Positions 1 through 17,480 are shown, numbered from the stretch's first letter. The stretch: 64,000 nt of DNA from the human T2T-CHM13v2.0 reference genome, Homo sapiens (GCF_009914755.1 NC_060931.1), one strand, 5' to 3'. Notes: a model not told the origin generated them from the letters alone. Numbers and translations: made by a program.

Positions 1-769
1 TAGGAAGGTAAAATTCAATAAAAAAGGAATATAATACTCTTTAAAATTATAAATAATGTTCAGATCAGCTGCTGTTTCACATCTTCTGTGCTGTTACCAG
101 ATTAAGCAATTGGTGAATTAAAGAAATGATTTTGACTGACTGTTGATTTAAGAAAAACAGCTGTGACTTTAAGTTCAGAAGACTTGAGACCTTAGAAATC
201 TTGAAGTTCGTTTCAAGTAAAATCCTTAGAAAAAGGCCTGCTGTATAACTAAACTGAGAAAAATACTTGCTTGAGTCTCTCTCTGGAGAACTCATTAAGA
301 ATTTCACTAAAAAATGAGTTCCTTAGAGAAGTAACCAAAAGTAGGCACAGAGAGGATCTGGTCAACACAAACAGGGACCATGAAATGAGAAAGCCTCTAT
401 GTAGGCAGAATGCGTTCTGCTTATCATTCTGGGAATTTATATCATTTGATCATTGTAAACACTGTATCTTTGACATTTCGTGAGAAAAGAATCACTCTGA
501 TCTATATTCAGAAATTATTCTGACCTTTCTAACATCTTTTCATTAGGAATGTCTATAATAAGGAAAGTTAAAGTAAAGTAAACCTGAGCTCTTTATAAGT
601 ACTCTGAGTTGAAGCATGCAGTTTCTTAAAAAGGCAGAAAAGCCATAAATAAACACAGAATAAGTATAAAAATCCATGTCATTCAAGCCCTGCAAAAACA
701 GTAAGTATAATAAATCGTTCATGCATTTACTATCTTAGAGAGATTTTCTTTTTTTCATGAAATTATGTC

Positions 770-1206
770 TGTGAAAGGAAAATAAAAACTTGGGACCCCC
801 AATTCACTCTGCCAAAGGGAAGAAGATTAAGCTGAAAGCTGAGTCACGCAAGAAGCTGCCTTTCCTTTTGCTCCTAAGCAGAGAGCTACAGATAAGAGGT
901 TAAATATCTCCACAGGTAGTTACTCTATGTTCACCTTATTGTCTGTAAAGTGTTCATTTACTGAGCGTGAGATGAATACATAATTGACTATTCCCCTATC
1001 TATTTCTTTTCTCTTGCAACATGTGGATTCAGTAATGTGACCACCTTCTTCTTTCCCCTCCAGCCTGCCTTTTCCCTTTAAATATGAAGTCTCAATATTC
1101 TCATCTTCAGAGAAAGGCACAGACCTGTCTCCTAGGTGCATGCCCTTAACCTTGGCAAAATAAACTAAATTGACTGAGATCTGTTTCAGATACATTTTGC
1201 TTTACA
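770..1206 (+). mobile_element. MER4-family (ERV1) solo LTR
   Basis: Starts TGTGAAAGGAAAATAAAAACTTGGGACCCC, ends TTTACA, with AATAAA near the end; resembles MER4 consensus. Confidence 0.75.
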
Positions 1207-1977
1207 AGCCAAAATCAAATTTCCATTCCAATAGCTTTTACTGATGGACACAACATCTTACTGATAGATTCTTTATATTCATTATAACTTTTAAAAATGA
1301 AAATGATCTAAAGCATCATTAAATACTATTTATTAATTAGATGACTCATTCAACTGTATTTTTTGAAGATCAGGTGCTTTTTTAACCTGGGAGCTACAAA
1401 GCTTAACTGATAGGAAAATGTTAATGCTTATGAGAACAGGTATATTATTTTCTGTTGAAGTCTATAGTTTATATACTTCTAAAAAGAAATCTTTGGTACT
1501 GAAAAAGTTAGGAACCATTGCTTTAGACATGTGAAATAAAAATCGCATATTGGATACCATACAAAGGGCTGATACAGAAACTGGTGAAATAAGGAAATGA
1601 TTTTGATTTATTGTTAAGAAATGTGAAATACTTTTGTAAAATAAAAATTGCATATTGGGCACCATACAAAAGGATGATAAAGAAACTGGTGAATTAAGGA
1701 AATGATTCTGACTGACTGTTGATTTAAGAAAGATAGCCATGACTCCAAGTTCAGAAGACTTTAGAAATCCCAAAGTTCATTTCAAGTAAAATCCTTAGAG
1801 GTATACTATATAACTAAACAACCTGGAAAAAATACTTGCTTGAGTATTTTGAACATCAGTAGACTACAAGCTGTGTCTACTAGCAAAGTTTTATCTTTGG
1901 AAAAGGAACTAACAAGGACTGCATCAATGATAATTGCTTTGTTAATCTCGAATCGTCTTACAACATATTAATAAATG

Positions 1978-2105
1978 GCATGAAGGCAGGAATTTTTTGT
2001 TCCTGTTTTATTCAATGATGTGTTCCCAGTGTCCAAATGAGTGTATGGCCCTGAGAAGGACAGTAAGAATTGTTTGCTGAATAAATAAATGAATGAACGA
2101 ATGAA
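1978..2105 (+). mobile_element. L2 3' end fragment
   Basis: catgaaggcagg... ending in a (TGAA)n-like tail. Confidence 0.55.
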
Positions 2106-4369
2106 CATCAGCAATTCCACAAGAACAGTGTGAACTTCATAAAGCTCAACTGAAATAAAAAGAAGATGCAGTCTCTATTTAATTTGTAGTCCAAAAATCT
2201 CTACATGGAAATACTTAGGGAAAGATGCTACACATTTATCTGACAATTTTTATGTACTTTTTTTAGCATGACAGTGTTTGCAAATGATGTTTCCCCAGAG
2301 ACAGGGCTGAGAGCACAGTTCTTATTAGCACAGTGTAACATGAAACAACTCTATAAACATTTTTGATGCACTCAACACTTTGAGTACTCTCTCTTCTTAA
2401 TAAGCACATCCCCACTGCAGTGGAAAGATGATAGCAAAAATTAAGATAATAATAGCATGATCTCTTAATGCTTTGCCTCAACAACAATCTAAGACTTGTA
2501 AGCTTCCTCTAACTGCATCAATCCCAACCCTGTGTCAGGCGCACTACAAGGTGCTGAAAACATCTAGATGATGAGTGGGCAAAGTCTTATCTTTGGAAAA
2601 GGAACTAAGAAGAACTCATCATTAACAATTCCTTTGTTAATGTTGAACCATCTTACAACACAAATGGCGTTGAATACCAAAGAAGTCCTTGTGAGGTGGG
2701 TTGCTAAGTGTGACCATAGCTTATCCTGTAGGGAACTTAGGAAAACTAAATAATTCTGAATACCTTATGGGTAGCAGACATAGGGCAAAGGAAAAAAGAC
2801 AGAGATGACCCGAATCCTAGTGAAAAGAACATCAATCTGGTTATCTTTTAAAACACAGGCATAGGTGTAAGAGGACCTTCTGGTCACTTTCTAAAATCCT
2901 GCACTATTTAAGTAAAAAGAGACAAGTAGCTTGAATAATCACAGCTTAGAGTGAAAGGGAAAGAGAAAGTCAGTTCTGAGTTCACACTGACTCTATGAGT
3001 TTTTGGTTTTCTGCAACTTGGAATTTCGGGCCACCTATTATTATAATAACACATTATAATGATGCAGTAATTTACAACTTCGAAAACAACTAGAATTGTA
3101 TGGCTCTTAAAAAGCTACAGAGAAAAAAGTGAATCAGTTCTACCCTGGGTGCTCTCAGTATGAATAAAGCATTTCTTTGCTTGTTGTGTATTAATTTAGA
3201 TCCTCCTCCTTGCTCATTTCATATTTAAAACTCTCCCATTATTGACATAACAACATCTCTAAAGCAATTATTTGTGATTTTCTTTTTTATGTGACACAGA
3301 ATTGTGACCAAAGGGGGAGTAAACCGCAAATCTGATTAACTCTGAAGTGACAACACTCCCACATTTCATGCACCTGCTGGAACAATCAAATGATGGAGAA
3401 GAGGGAGGGCAGAAAGCAGGAGTGCCTTTCAACAGGAGGCCCGAGGGAAGGTCGCTGTGGGTCACTGACAGGCAGGCAGACACCCACAGAGAAATCTGTG
3501 CCAGCATGTCTAGACATGGCAGGAAATGCTCTGGGCCATATGGAATAGATGATATTGCCACAATCCAAGGAGGGTGTCTGAATGCCGTCTCCATCTATTT
3601 TTGTTCTCAAACAAAGTTGTACTCCCTGCACGTCTGGCCGGTCAGACATTTTCCCTACATTACTGCTCTGCTTTGGAGACGTCACATTTTTGAGCTGATT
3701 TTATAACATGAAGCTACAAAAAGGGATCTATGCCCATGATTGATGTTCAAAACAATATATGCTCCTAATTTATATAACAATATAGATGCTGAACTTCTGC
3801 GATCATGCTATACATTTTAAATGATGTATGAGACGAGAAATACTAGCACAGTGCAGGGAGTGAAAAAGCCATATCTGCTCTCTTAACTATGTTATGCACT
3901 AGCATACATACACAAAAATATTAGCATTTTTTACTAGTCTGGGCCAAATAACAATTCTCCCTAACAGTTCTTTCTGTAAGCTCTTGAAAAATTTTCCTAA
4001 CAACTCAGTCTTTTCAAAAGAAGCATAATTCTTTCATTTCCTTTTAAAATTGAAAAGGCTATTAGATTGTATCAGCCTCACCCATTGGAAGCTATGATGG
4101 TAACTTCTTAGATTTTCCTTGTGACACAGAATTCTCAATTTTCTCATTCTTTTCCACCTATGATGTTTCAGTCTCCAAACTTACCACCTGCTTCTGATCC
4201 CTATTTGCTAAGCACATCCAGCAAAAGCTAACCTGGGAGTCTGGATGCACTAGCAATTTCAGACGTCTCCCATTGGTGCGGCCATCACTGCACTCAGCAA
4301 TTCTATGAGCCCTCACTCACTCCCTATTACACTTTTCTTTTTTACACTTAATTATTTATATATTTTTAA

Positions 4370-5390
<1,021 letters not shown>

Positions 5391-6654
5391 CTATCACACG
5401 TTTGCTCCACGTCTGCTTGCCTTCCTCCTACAACTCACTTTCAGTCCTCAGCTCCCTCTGTCCTCTCTTTTGCTCTCCAATGGCAGCTGATCTTGTTTCC
5501 CCCTTTACTTAAAAAAGATCAAGGCCACAAACCCAAAGTCTCTTGATTCCATCTCAGCATTTTACACCCATTTCACTTCCTTCATCTTCCGCATTAATAA
5601 AAGAAGTGTCCTTCCTCTTTTTCAAAGTAGATTCCTTCACTTGTGTCTGGATCCCTTCTGCCGTTGCTTCAGGATTCAACTTTAAACCTCTACAAACACT
5701 CAAAGGGTCTCGGACAGCTGGCACACAACACTTCACTTACTCTTACCATGCTTTCATAGTGAGTGAATGAACTAGTGAATGGGTAGAGGTGATGTGCATT
5801 CTTACAACTGGAATTCCCTCACCTTTGGGAGGATAAACCTATACTTATTTAGAATTTCCAGGAAGGTGGCACTGATTTTGCCTGTAAGGCAAAAATCCTT
5901 TAAGGATTTAAGCATACAAGGTATTTTCTCTCACAGAATCTTTATTAATCTTCTAAAAGCTGCCTATTTTAAGTCTGAATCAAGGCTCGTGCTTCAAGGG
6001 GAATATTATTATAACGTATGTGTGATATAACACTCAATGTCCTAGACCATTAAGAAAACATTCCTCTTAAGTTTTGTCAAGTACATTATGAAAAACGTAA
6101 CTGTCAGTTCATGTAACGAGTATTTTTATTCTAGGCAGAATGGAATTCAGACCATCATCTATGGGGCTAGTGACTAAACCAATCCAATGTTCTTTAAAGA
6201 CATTGGAAAAAAATGTCTTTTCTCATTGCTTTATGGCCTACATACAGTATGAAAACATTAATAAATTTTAAGCAGGTAATTCATTAACTATATATACTAT
6301 ATGCTAGAAGTTCAACCAAGAGCTCATATACCTATCACAGGGAATTCATAACCAAGAAATTTTGTCATATTTTCTTCACATATTTTGTCATATTTTCTCC
6401 TTTTTGCTTTTTCTTTCTCTTTGTTCTTCCATTGCGGAAGTATTTTAAAGCAAATCACACCTCTGATTCCATTTTACCTTTTACTAGTAGGTCTCTCTAA
6501 ATATTACATAACTATAATACCATATACCTAAAAAAATAAACAGTTGCTTGGAACATATTTCTTTAAGGCTTCAAGAGCAATCAACACATATTATTTCTGG
6601 TTAGGTTAGGTGTATTTCCTGTACTGGTTTTTAAAAATAATCATTCTAATAACT

Positions 6655-6880
6655 AAGATTTACTGACCAATTATCAGGTAGAAAGTATTACACTAAATTT
6701 AATCCTCCAATAACCCCATGGGGAAAGTACTATTATTATCTCTACTTATCAGACAAGTTAACAGCCTTGAGAGACATGAATTAACTTCCCAAAACTGATG
6801 TAGCTACTAAATGACAAAGCCAGGACTTGAACTCTTGCCAGCTGACTCCAGAATCTGGCCACTTCGATTACCGTGCGGTA
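6655..6880 (-). mobile_element. MIR
   Basis: MIR core (aatcctccaataaccccatg...ggacttgaactc...gactccagaatc). Confidence 0.65.
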
Positions 6881-7503
6881 CACAAGACACACAAAGGTAT
6901 GTGTCTTGGGGGTGAAGAGATATCCAGATGTATTTCGGAATTCAGTATGAATCCATATTTCCATATTTAAAAAAATCTTTACCTCACCAATTGCATTCAT
7001 TACTTTCTTTTTCTTAAATGATAGAATGGAATGATATATCAAATAGAAGGTAATTGTAGGCAATACAAAATTTATATGGAAATGAAGTATTTCAAGAAAA
7101 ATGGAGTTTAATGAAGTGATGTTAGGAAAAATACCTAGAAAAGTATGTGAATAAGTTACAAGCAGACAGGAAACCTCATCTGTACTTAATTAAGACTTTT
7201 TGTATTTAATCATCGGGATAACACTTTTTCCAGAAGTACTACCCTGGTGCTATTTTCTCAAATAAAGGCCCACGCCAGCAGCTCACATGCATGAGCAGCC
7301 CTATGCCAGCTGAGTACCAACTGGTGGTACTCAGGTCATATGAAATATATTCTCTGATGAGAATGCAATACGTTAATAGATTAGTCCCAAGACAAATTTA
7401 CAACTTTAACCGATGAAGCCCTAGAGTACATCAGTAAACAAAGTAATGAAAAGTTATAAGGGAGGTAGTCAACCAGTAAACAGCTTTGTTTTCACTGGTC
7501 CAT

Positions 7504-7519
7504 AAAAATTTACTGTCTA
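7504..7519 (+). repeat. L1 target-site duplication, 5' copy (AAAAATTTACTGTCTA)
   Basis: Exact 16-bp match to 14016-14031. Confidence 0.93.
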
Positions 7520-8425
7520 GGAGGAGGAGCCAAGATGGCCGAATAGGAACAGCTCCGGACTACAGCTCCCAGCGTGAGCGACGCAGAAGACAGGTGATTT
7601 CTGCATTTCCATCTGAGGTACCGGGTTCATCTCACTAGGGAGTGCCAGACAGTGGGCGCAGGCCAGTGTGTGTGCGCACCGTGCGCGAGCCGAAGCAGGG
7701 CGAGGCATTGCCTCACCTGGGAAGCGCAAGGGGTCAGGGAGTTCCCTTTCTGAGTCAAAGAAAGGGGTGACTGACGCACCTGGAAAATCGGGTCACTCCC
7801 ACCCGAATATTGCGCTTTTCAGACCGGCTTAAGAAACGGCGCACCACGAGACTATATCCCACACCTGGCTCAGAGGGTCCTACGCCCACGGAATCTCGCT
7901 GATTGCTAGCACAGCAGTCTGAGATCAAACTGCAAGGCGGCAACGAGGCTGGGGGAGGGGCGCCCGCCATTGCCCAGGCTTGCTTAGGTAAACAAAGCAG
8001 CCGGGAAGCTCGAACTGGGTGGAGCCCACCACAGCTCAAGGAGGCCTGCCTGCCTCTGTAGGCTCCACCTCTGGGGGCAGGGCACAGACAAACAAAAAGA
8101 CAGCAGTAACCTCTGCAGACTTAAGTGTCCCTGTCTGACAGCTTTGAAGAGAGCAGTGGTTCTCCCAGCACGCAGCTGGAGATCTGAGAACCGGCAGACT
8201 GCCTCCTCAAGTGGGTCCCTGACCCCTGACCCCCGAGCAGCCTAACTGGGAGGCACCCCCCAGCAGGGGCACACTGACACCTCACACGGCAGGGTATTCC
8301 AACAGACCTGCAGCTGAGGGTCCTGTCTGTTAGAAGGAAAACTAACAACCAGAAAGGACATCTACACCGAAAACCCATCTGTACATCACCATCATCAAAG
8401 ACCAAAAGTAGATAAAACCACAAAG
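7520..8425. promoter_or_regulatory. L1 5'UTR: CpG-rich internal sense promoter with YY1 site (CAAGATGGCC, 7531-7540) and antisense promoter
   Basis: Complete L1HS 5'UTR sequence; promoter function is from established L1 biology, not shown for this copy. Confidence 0.85.
7755..7970 (-). CDS. ORF0: L1 ORF0 (71 aa, MAGAPPPASL...CVSHPFL), intact
   Basis: Last 71 aa of ORF 7755..8039, starting at the internal ATG at 7970; matches primate L1 ORF0. Confidence 0.85.
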   Translation of the reverse strand: MAGAPPPASLPPCSLISDCCASNQRDSVGVGPSEPGVGYSLVVRRFLSRSEKRNIRVGVTRFSRCVSHPFL

Positions 8426-9440
8426 ATGGGGAAAAAAACAGAACAGAAAAACTGGAAACTCTAAAACGCAGAGCGCCTCTCCTCCTCCAAAGGAAAGCAG
8501 TTCCTCACCAGCAACAGAACAAAGCTGGATGGAGAATGATTTTGACGAGCTGAGAGAAGGCTTCAGACGATCAAATTACTCTGAGCTACGGGAGGACATT
8601 CAAACCAAAGGCAAAGAAGTTGAAAACTTTGAAAAAAATTTAGAAGAATGTATAACTAGAATAACCAATACAGAGAAGTGCTTAAAGGAGCTGATGGAGC
8701 TGAAAACCAAGGCTCGAGAACTACGTGAAGAATGCAGAAGCCTCAGGAGCCGATGCGATCAACTGGAAGAAAGGGTATCAGCAATGGAAGATGAAATGAA
8801 TGAAATGAAGTGAGAAGGGAAGTTTAGAGAAAAAAGAATAAAAAGAAATGAGCAAAGCCTCCAAGAAATATGGGACTATGTGAAAAGACCAAATCTACAT
8901 CTGATTGGTGTACCTGAAAGTGATGGGGAGAATGGAACCAAGTTGGAAAACACTCTGCAGGATATTATCAAGGAGAACTTCCCCAATCTAGCAAGGCAGG
9001 CCAACGTTCAGATTCAGGAAATACAGAGAACGCCACAAAGATACTCCTCGAGAAGAGCAACTCCAAGACACATAATTGTCAGATTCACCAAAGTTGAAAT
9101 GAAGGAAAAAATGTTAAGGGCAGCCAGAGAGAAAGGTCGGGTTACCCTCAAAGGAAAGCCCATCAGACTAACAGCGGATCTCTCGGCAGAAACCCTACAA
9201 GCCAGAAGAGAGTGGGGGCCAATATTCAACGTTCTTAAAGAAAAGAATTTTCAACCCAGAATTTCATATCCAGCCAAACTAAGCTTCATAAGTGAAGGAG
9301 AAATAAAATACTTTATAGACAAGCAAATGCTGAGAGATTTTGTCACCACCAGGCCTGCCCTAAAAGAGCTCCTGAAGGAAGCGCTAAACATGGAAAGGAA
9401 CAACCGGTACCAGCCGCTGCAAAATCATGCCAAACTGTAA
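8426..9440 (+). pseudogene. L1 ORF1: L1 ORF1, disrupted
   Basis: ATG 8426 is followed by A7 instead of A6 (+1 frameshift, stop at 8462-8464); in-frame GAA loss near 8556; CGA>TGA at 8811-8813; fragments seen as ORFs 8529..8813 and 8880..9440. Confidence 0.92.
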
Positions 9441-9479
9441 AGACCATCAAGACTAGGAAGAAACTGCATCAACTAATGA

Positions 9480-13331
<3,852 letters not shown>

Positions 13332-13550
13332 ACAATGAGATCACATGGACACAGGAAGGGGAATATCACACTCTGGGGACTGTGGTGGGGTCGGGGGAGG
13401 GGGGAGGGATAGCATTGGGAGATATACCTAATGCTAGATGACACATTAGTGGGTGCAGCGCACCAGCATGGCACATGTATACATATGTAACTAACCTGCA
13501 CAATGTGCACATGTACCCTAAAACTTAGAGTATAATAAAAAAAAAAAAAA

Positions 13551-14015
13551 TTCACACAGCTGTACAAACAAATAATGACTGAAAAAAAAAAAGAATGTTT
13601 TCTATTCTTATGGCTCCAGCTTCCAATTCTGTATGAAAGATTTCTAAATCTACATTTTCTGTTGTGGCTTCTGAATGCTCATTCTGTGATTCCAGTTGCC
13701 ACCAGATATCTCCTTTGCATCTACAAAATTTACTAAAAAATAAACTCATTTTTTCTATTAAAAAAACAAAAAAACAAAAAAACAGTGATTTGACTCCTGT
13801 CACATATGTCTGAAGAGCAAAGGGCTACATTGAAAGAAACTGTCTAGAGACTAAGTGTTTCAAATTCTCTTGAAAATTCAAACAATCCTGCAAAGGACAG
13901 GCATGGTAGAAAAAGAAATCTCAGGTGAATAGGTTCTGGAGAGTCTATTAGTTTGTAGAAGAAAAAGATGCCAAATGTGAAATAAAAACCATTAGTTGAA
14001 CCAGAAAAAAAAAAA
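13551..14015 (+). other. L1 3' transduction (non-L1 sequence with its own AATAAA and poly(A))
   Basis: Lies between the L1 poly(A) and the 3' TSD copy; AATAAA 13981-13986, then A-tail from 14005. Confidence 0.9.
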
Positions 14016-14031
14016 AAAAATTTACTGTCTA
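14016..14031 (+). repeat. L1 target-site duplication, 3' copy
   Basis: Exact 16-bp match to 7504-7519. Confidence 0.93.
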
Positions 14032-14544
14032 TTGTAGATTAATTGACATATGCCAAAACAGGAGAGGTAAGAATTAATATACACATCCGTAGCTGCACAA
14101 CCTATGGAAAGCATAAACAAATACCATGACTCTATCACCATGTAGTACAGAAGCCAATTTTAAATGCAAGCTAAAGGAGACACAGTAGCAAATAATGCTA
14201 AGTAGTTTGCTTGTATGTAACAAAAACTCATATGCCCAATCCTACACCTCAGTTTATGCATGTCCACATTCTTCTGTCTCTTCCTTTCTCTGGCCCATGG
14301 CTAATCTCCTCACCAGCAAACTCAAATCTGTTTCCTGATGCCTCCTAAGGGACCTTGGACGATCAGTGATTTCCCCTCTCCCTCATTACTGGATCTTTCC
14401 TGTCAATTCTTAAGGAGGTCAAGTCCCTCCCACTCTAGTTTCCTAAAACTACAAACCCTCGACAGACCCCTTATGACACACTGGTGAGTAAAAATAGGTT
14501 GATGAAGAATATAGAATCTTATAGATACTGTACATGATGAGTAT

Positions 14545-14810
14545 GAGTGTAGAGCAGTGATTTAGAATACAGATTCCTACATAAACTGCCATGTTAGAAT
14601 ACCAGCTCCACCACATGTGAGCTGTATGACCTTGGGCAAGTTATTAAAAAAAAAGAAAAAAAAACTCTCCGTGCCTCAGTTTCCCCATCTATAAAAATGT
14701 GGATATTAGTAGTATCCACTGTATAGAGTGTTACAAGGGCTGATTAAATTAATATTTCTTAAAGAGCTTAGAATGGTGCCTGGAATATAATAAGCATTAC
14801 ATAAGTGTTA
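14545..14810 (+). mobile_element. MIR
   Basis: gaccttgggcaagtta...gtgcctcagtttccccatctataaaa...agagcttagaatggtgcctgg. Confidence 0.75.
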
Positions 14811-15492
14811 AATGAATGTAATAAAATTACAGATGATTTGCAGAGAAATGATTCCCTCCCTTTCCCAGTAATACCCTTGAGGGCTGGAGAAGCCATAAAC
14901 TTTCAACCAGATAAATATGCTCTAAGAACAATTGGCTCATGTAAAAACCTGGAAAACTCGTTTTATAAAACTAATAATTATCTTTTATAGAGAGAAATTG
15001 TGTCAAGACTGTATACACCTCAAATAAAAGTATGTGATTTTTGCCTCTCCAATGTGGCTGTGCCTTCAGGAGACGCTGGGCTGGTGATGTGACATAAACA
15101 AGTGAGGAAGGTAAACTGGAAAAGAGGCCTGGAGTAGGTGTGTTTAAGCAGGATGCCGTGGGAATGGGCCTCAATCTTTAGTCACTGTGAGAGGTGCCCA
15201 AAACACACTTTGCAGGCTTAACATACTGGGCCACCTTCAGGGATATTCAGTAATTGTTTAGAAACAAAAGTAATGGGCTTTCTAAATATGGTCCAGCTTC
15301 AATGACAAGTTCTTATCAGGAAATGTACTCTTCCTGGTACTAAGGAGATACTACATGCTTCATAATTCTACTGAGTGAACGAGAAAGGGAGTACTTTTAC
15401 ATGCTGGCTCCTTCTGTATTGGACACATCTAAGTACTTAATCTAAGATTTTGATCACTAGCATAAAGTAAGAATTGATGCCACTTTGCTATT

Positions 15493-16351
15493 TTGTTTTT
15501 TGAGGAGATTATTTTTATGTACAAAAAAACTAACAGGGCACATTTAACCCAGTCTAGTGGTGGGTTCTTTAGCCTTTGCCTTTTCCAGCTTGGGAATGTG
15601 AGCCAAAGATTTTAGACTCAGGAAATTGCCTCCTCAGTGATGTTAGATGTCATCGTATCTATTGTTGTAATTGGTCCTGATAGCTTCCACTGGCTTAACC
15701 AAAGCTCTTTTGTCTTCCAAGCTAACCTGTGTGAAAGCGACAGTGGTGCAGGTCTTCCTGTGGACTAGACATTCTAGTCTTGCCTTCCCCTTGATAATGC
15801 AGTGAGGGATCCTCATTTTATGACGCAGGGCAGGCAGGAAGACGATTAGTTCAATGGGATCCATGTCATGTGCAGTTACCATCAGTTGAGCCTTCTTATT
15901 CTCCACCAAGGTGGTGATAGTGTTAATCCTGCTCAAAGAACAGGTAGTCTCTTAGTGGACACATCCCCTTTGCCACAGCTTTCTTCTCAGCCTGGGCCAA
16001 CAGCCTCTTCTCTTGCTTTGTCTCTGGTCTGTACTTGTGGGCCAGCTTATGCAGCTGAGTAGCTGTTTGGTGGTCCAAGGCCTGAATGAACGGGTCAATC
16101 GCAGGAGGCACTTTCAGCCACTTACGGGGGATGGCTCTTTGCCACAGCAACCTGATATAGCGGGGCCATTTCACAAAGCCAGGGAGGTCCCTTTTGGGCT
16201 GGATGTACTGTCTAATGCCAACATTCTTAGGCCTTTTCTCAAACGGGATTTATCACTTTCTTGGCCTCCTGCTTTTTCAAGACAGCAGGGGTGAGGGCCA
16301 CCTTCTTCCTCTTGGCCTTCTTTCCTTTCCATTTCACGGGTAGCTGGAGGA
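15493..16351 (-). pseudogene. RPL7A: Processed pseudogene of ribosomal protein L7a (eL8), near full length, frameshifted
   Basis: Fragments [33 protein letters not shown] spread over three ORFs; no introns; remnant poly(A); 14-bp TSD GCCACTTTGCTATT at 15479-15492 and 16352-16365. Confidence 0.95.
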
Positions 16352-16594
16352 GCCACTTTGCTATTCTTGAAGTATTTTGAGAAGGACTCAATTTAAAACC
16401 CAACTTCTATAGCATAGACAATTTCTGAGGCCCTATATCAGTTTCAGTATTACCATTATCAAGAATTCATAACAATTTATTATTAAGACTTTCAGTCTCT
16501 AAAGCTCCAATTCTGGCCAATAAAATCCTGTTTAACTATGGAAACTTTCAGACAAATACTGAAGTGCTTAGGCAGTGATTCTGATGCGACTGCT

Positions 16595-16800
16595 GGTGGT
16601 GTGGTTCAGAGGGCAGGCCTTGGGCCAGAGCACGGGGTCTGCAGCTCTACTCTGCCTTTTGCCACTTAGAGAAGCTTGGTCACCTTCTCTAGCCTCTCGG
16701 TGTCTTGGCTTCCTCATCTGTAAAATTGGTGCTAATAATATATTTAAAGCACTTAGAACAGAGTATGGCAGATGGTTAGTGCTCAATAAATACTGGCTGT
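16595..16800 (+). mobile_element. MIR
   Basis: ttcctcatctgtaaaattgg...aaagcacttagaacag...gtgctcaataaat. Confidence 0.7.
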
Positions 16801-17149
16801 TTGCTTCTTAAAGGAGGAATTTTTTTTTTAAAGTACTAACCACTTATCTGTCTTATGTGAGGAATAAACACCCTGTTTCCTAATCCGTCCTCTACAGGTT
16901 TTGCACATGTTGGTCCCTCCACCTGTACCTGGACAAGGTAACGTTCTGTGATCAATGGCCAGACTGAAGCCATAAAGATTATGTAGACTACATTCTACCC
17001 TTTTTTACGTTTTTTAGCATTTATTATGGAAGTTTTTAAATATAAACAAAATTTCCAGTGAACATATATATACATACTACCTAGATTCTATCATTAACAC
17101 TTATCATATGTTTTATCACATCTCTAGTTCTCTGTCCTTCTATCTTTAA

Positions 17150-17480
17150 TTTTTTTTTTAATTTTTTACATGAAGAAGTTCTTTAGTAGTGATTTCTGAG
17201 ATTTTGGTGCACCCATCACCTGAGCAGTGTACACTGTACCCAATGTGTAGTCTTTTATCTCTAATCACCCTCCCACCCTTTCCCTGGAGTTCATAAAGTC
17301 TATCGTATCATTCCTATGCCTTTACATCCTTATAGCTTAGCTCCAACTTATGAGTGAGAACATACAATGTTTGGTTTTCCATTCCTGAGTTTCTTCACTT
17401 AGAATAATGGTCTCTAATTTCATCCAGGTTGCTGCAAAAGCCATTATTTCATTCCTTTATATGGCTGACTAGTATTCCAT

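Noticed and set aside
3268-3706. Three overlapping 99-119 aa ORFs in a GC-richer unique patch; possible exon or enhancer
   Set aside because: No resemblance to DOCK4 or any protein I recognise; a regulatory role cannot be supported from sequence alone.
7312-7334. 9-bp hairpin TGAGTACCA-N5-TGGTACTCA upstream of the L1
   Set aside because: Short enough to occur by chance in 64 kb.
7517-7729. 70-aa minus-strand ORF in the L1 5'UTR (also 8121..8423)
   Set aside because: Generic antisense frames of the L1 5'UTR; ORF0 is the 7755-7970 frame.
13552-13803. 83-aa ORF inside the transduced segment, as a possible shuffled exon
   Set aside because: Low-complexity F-rich translation of A-tracts, non-ATG start, no recognisable protein.
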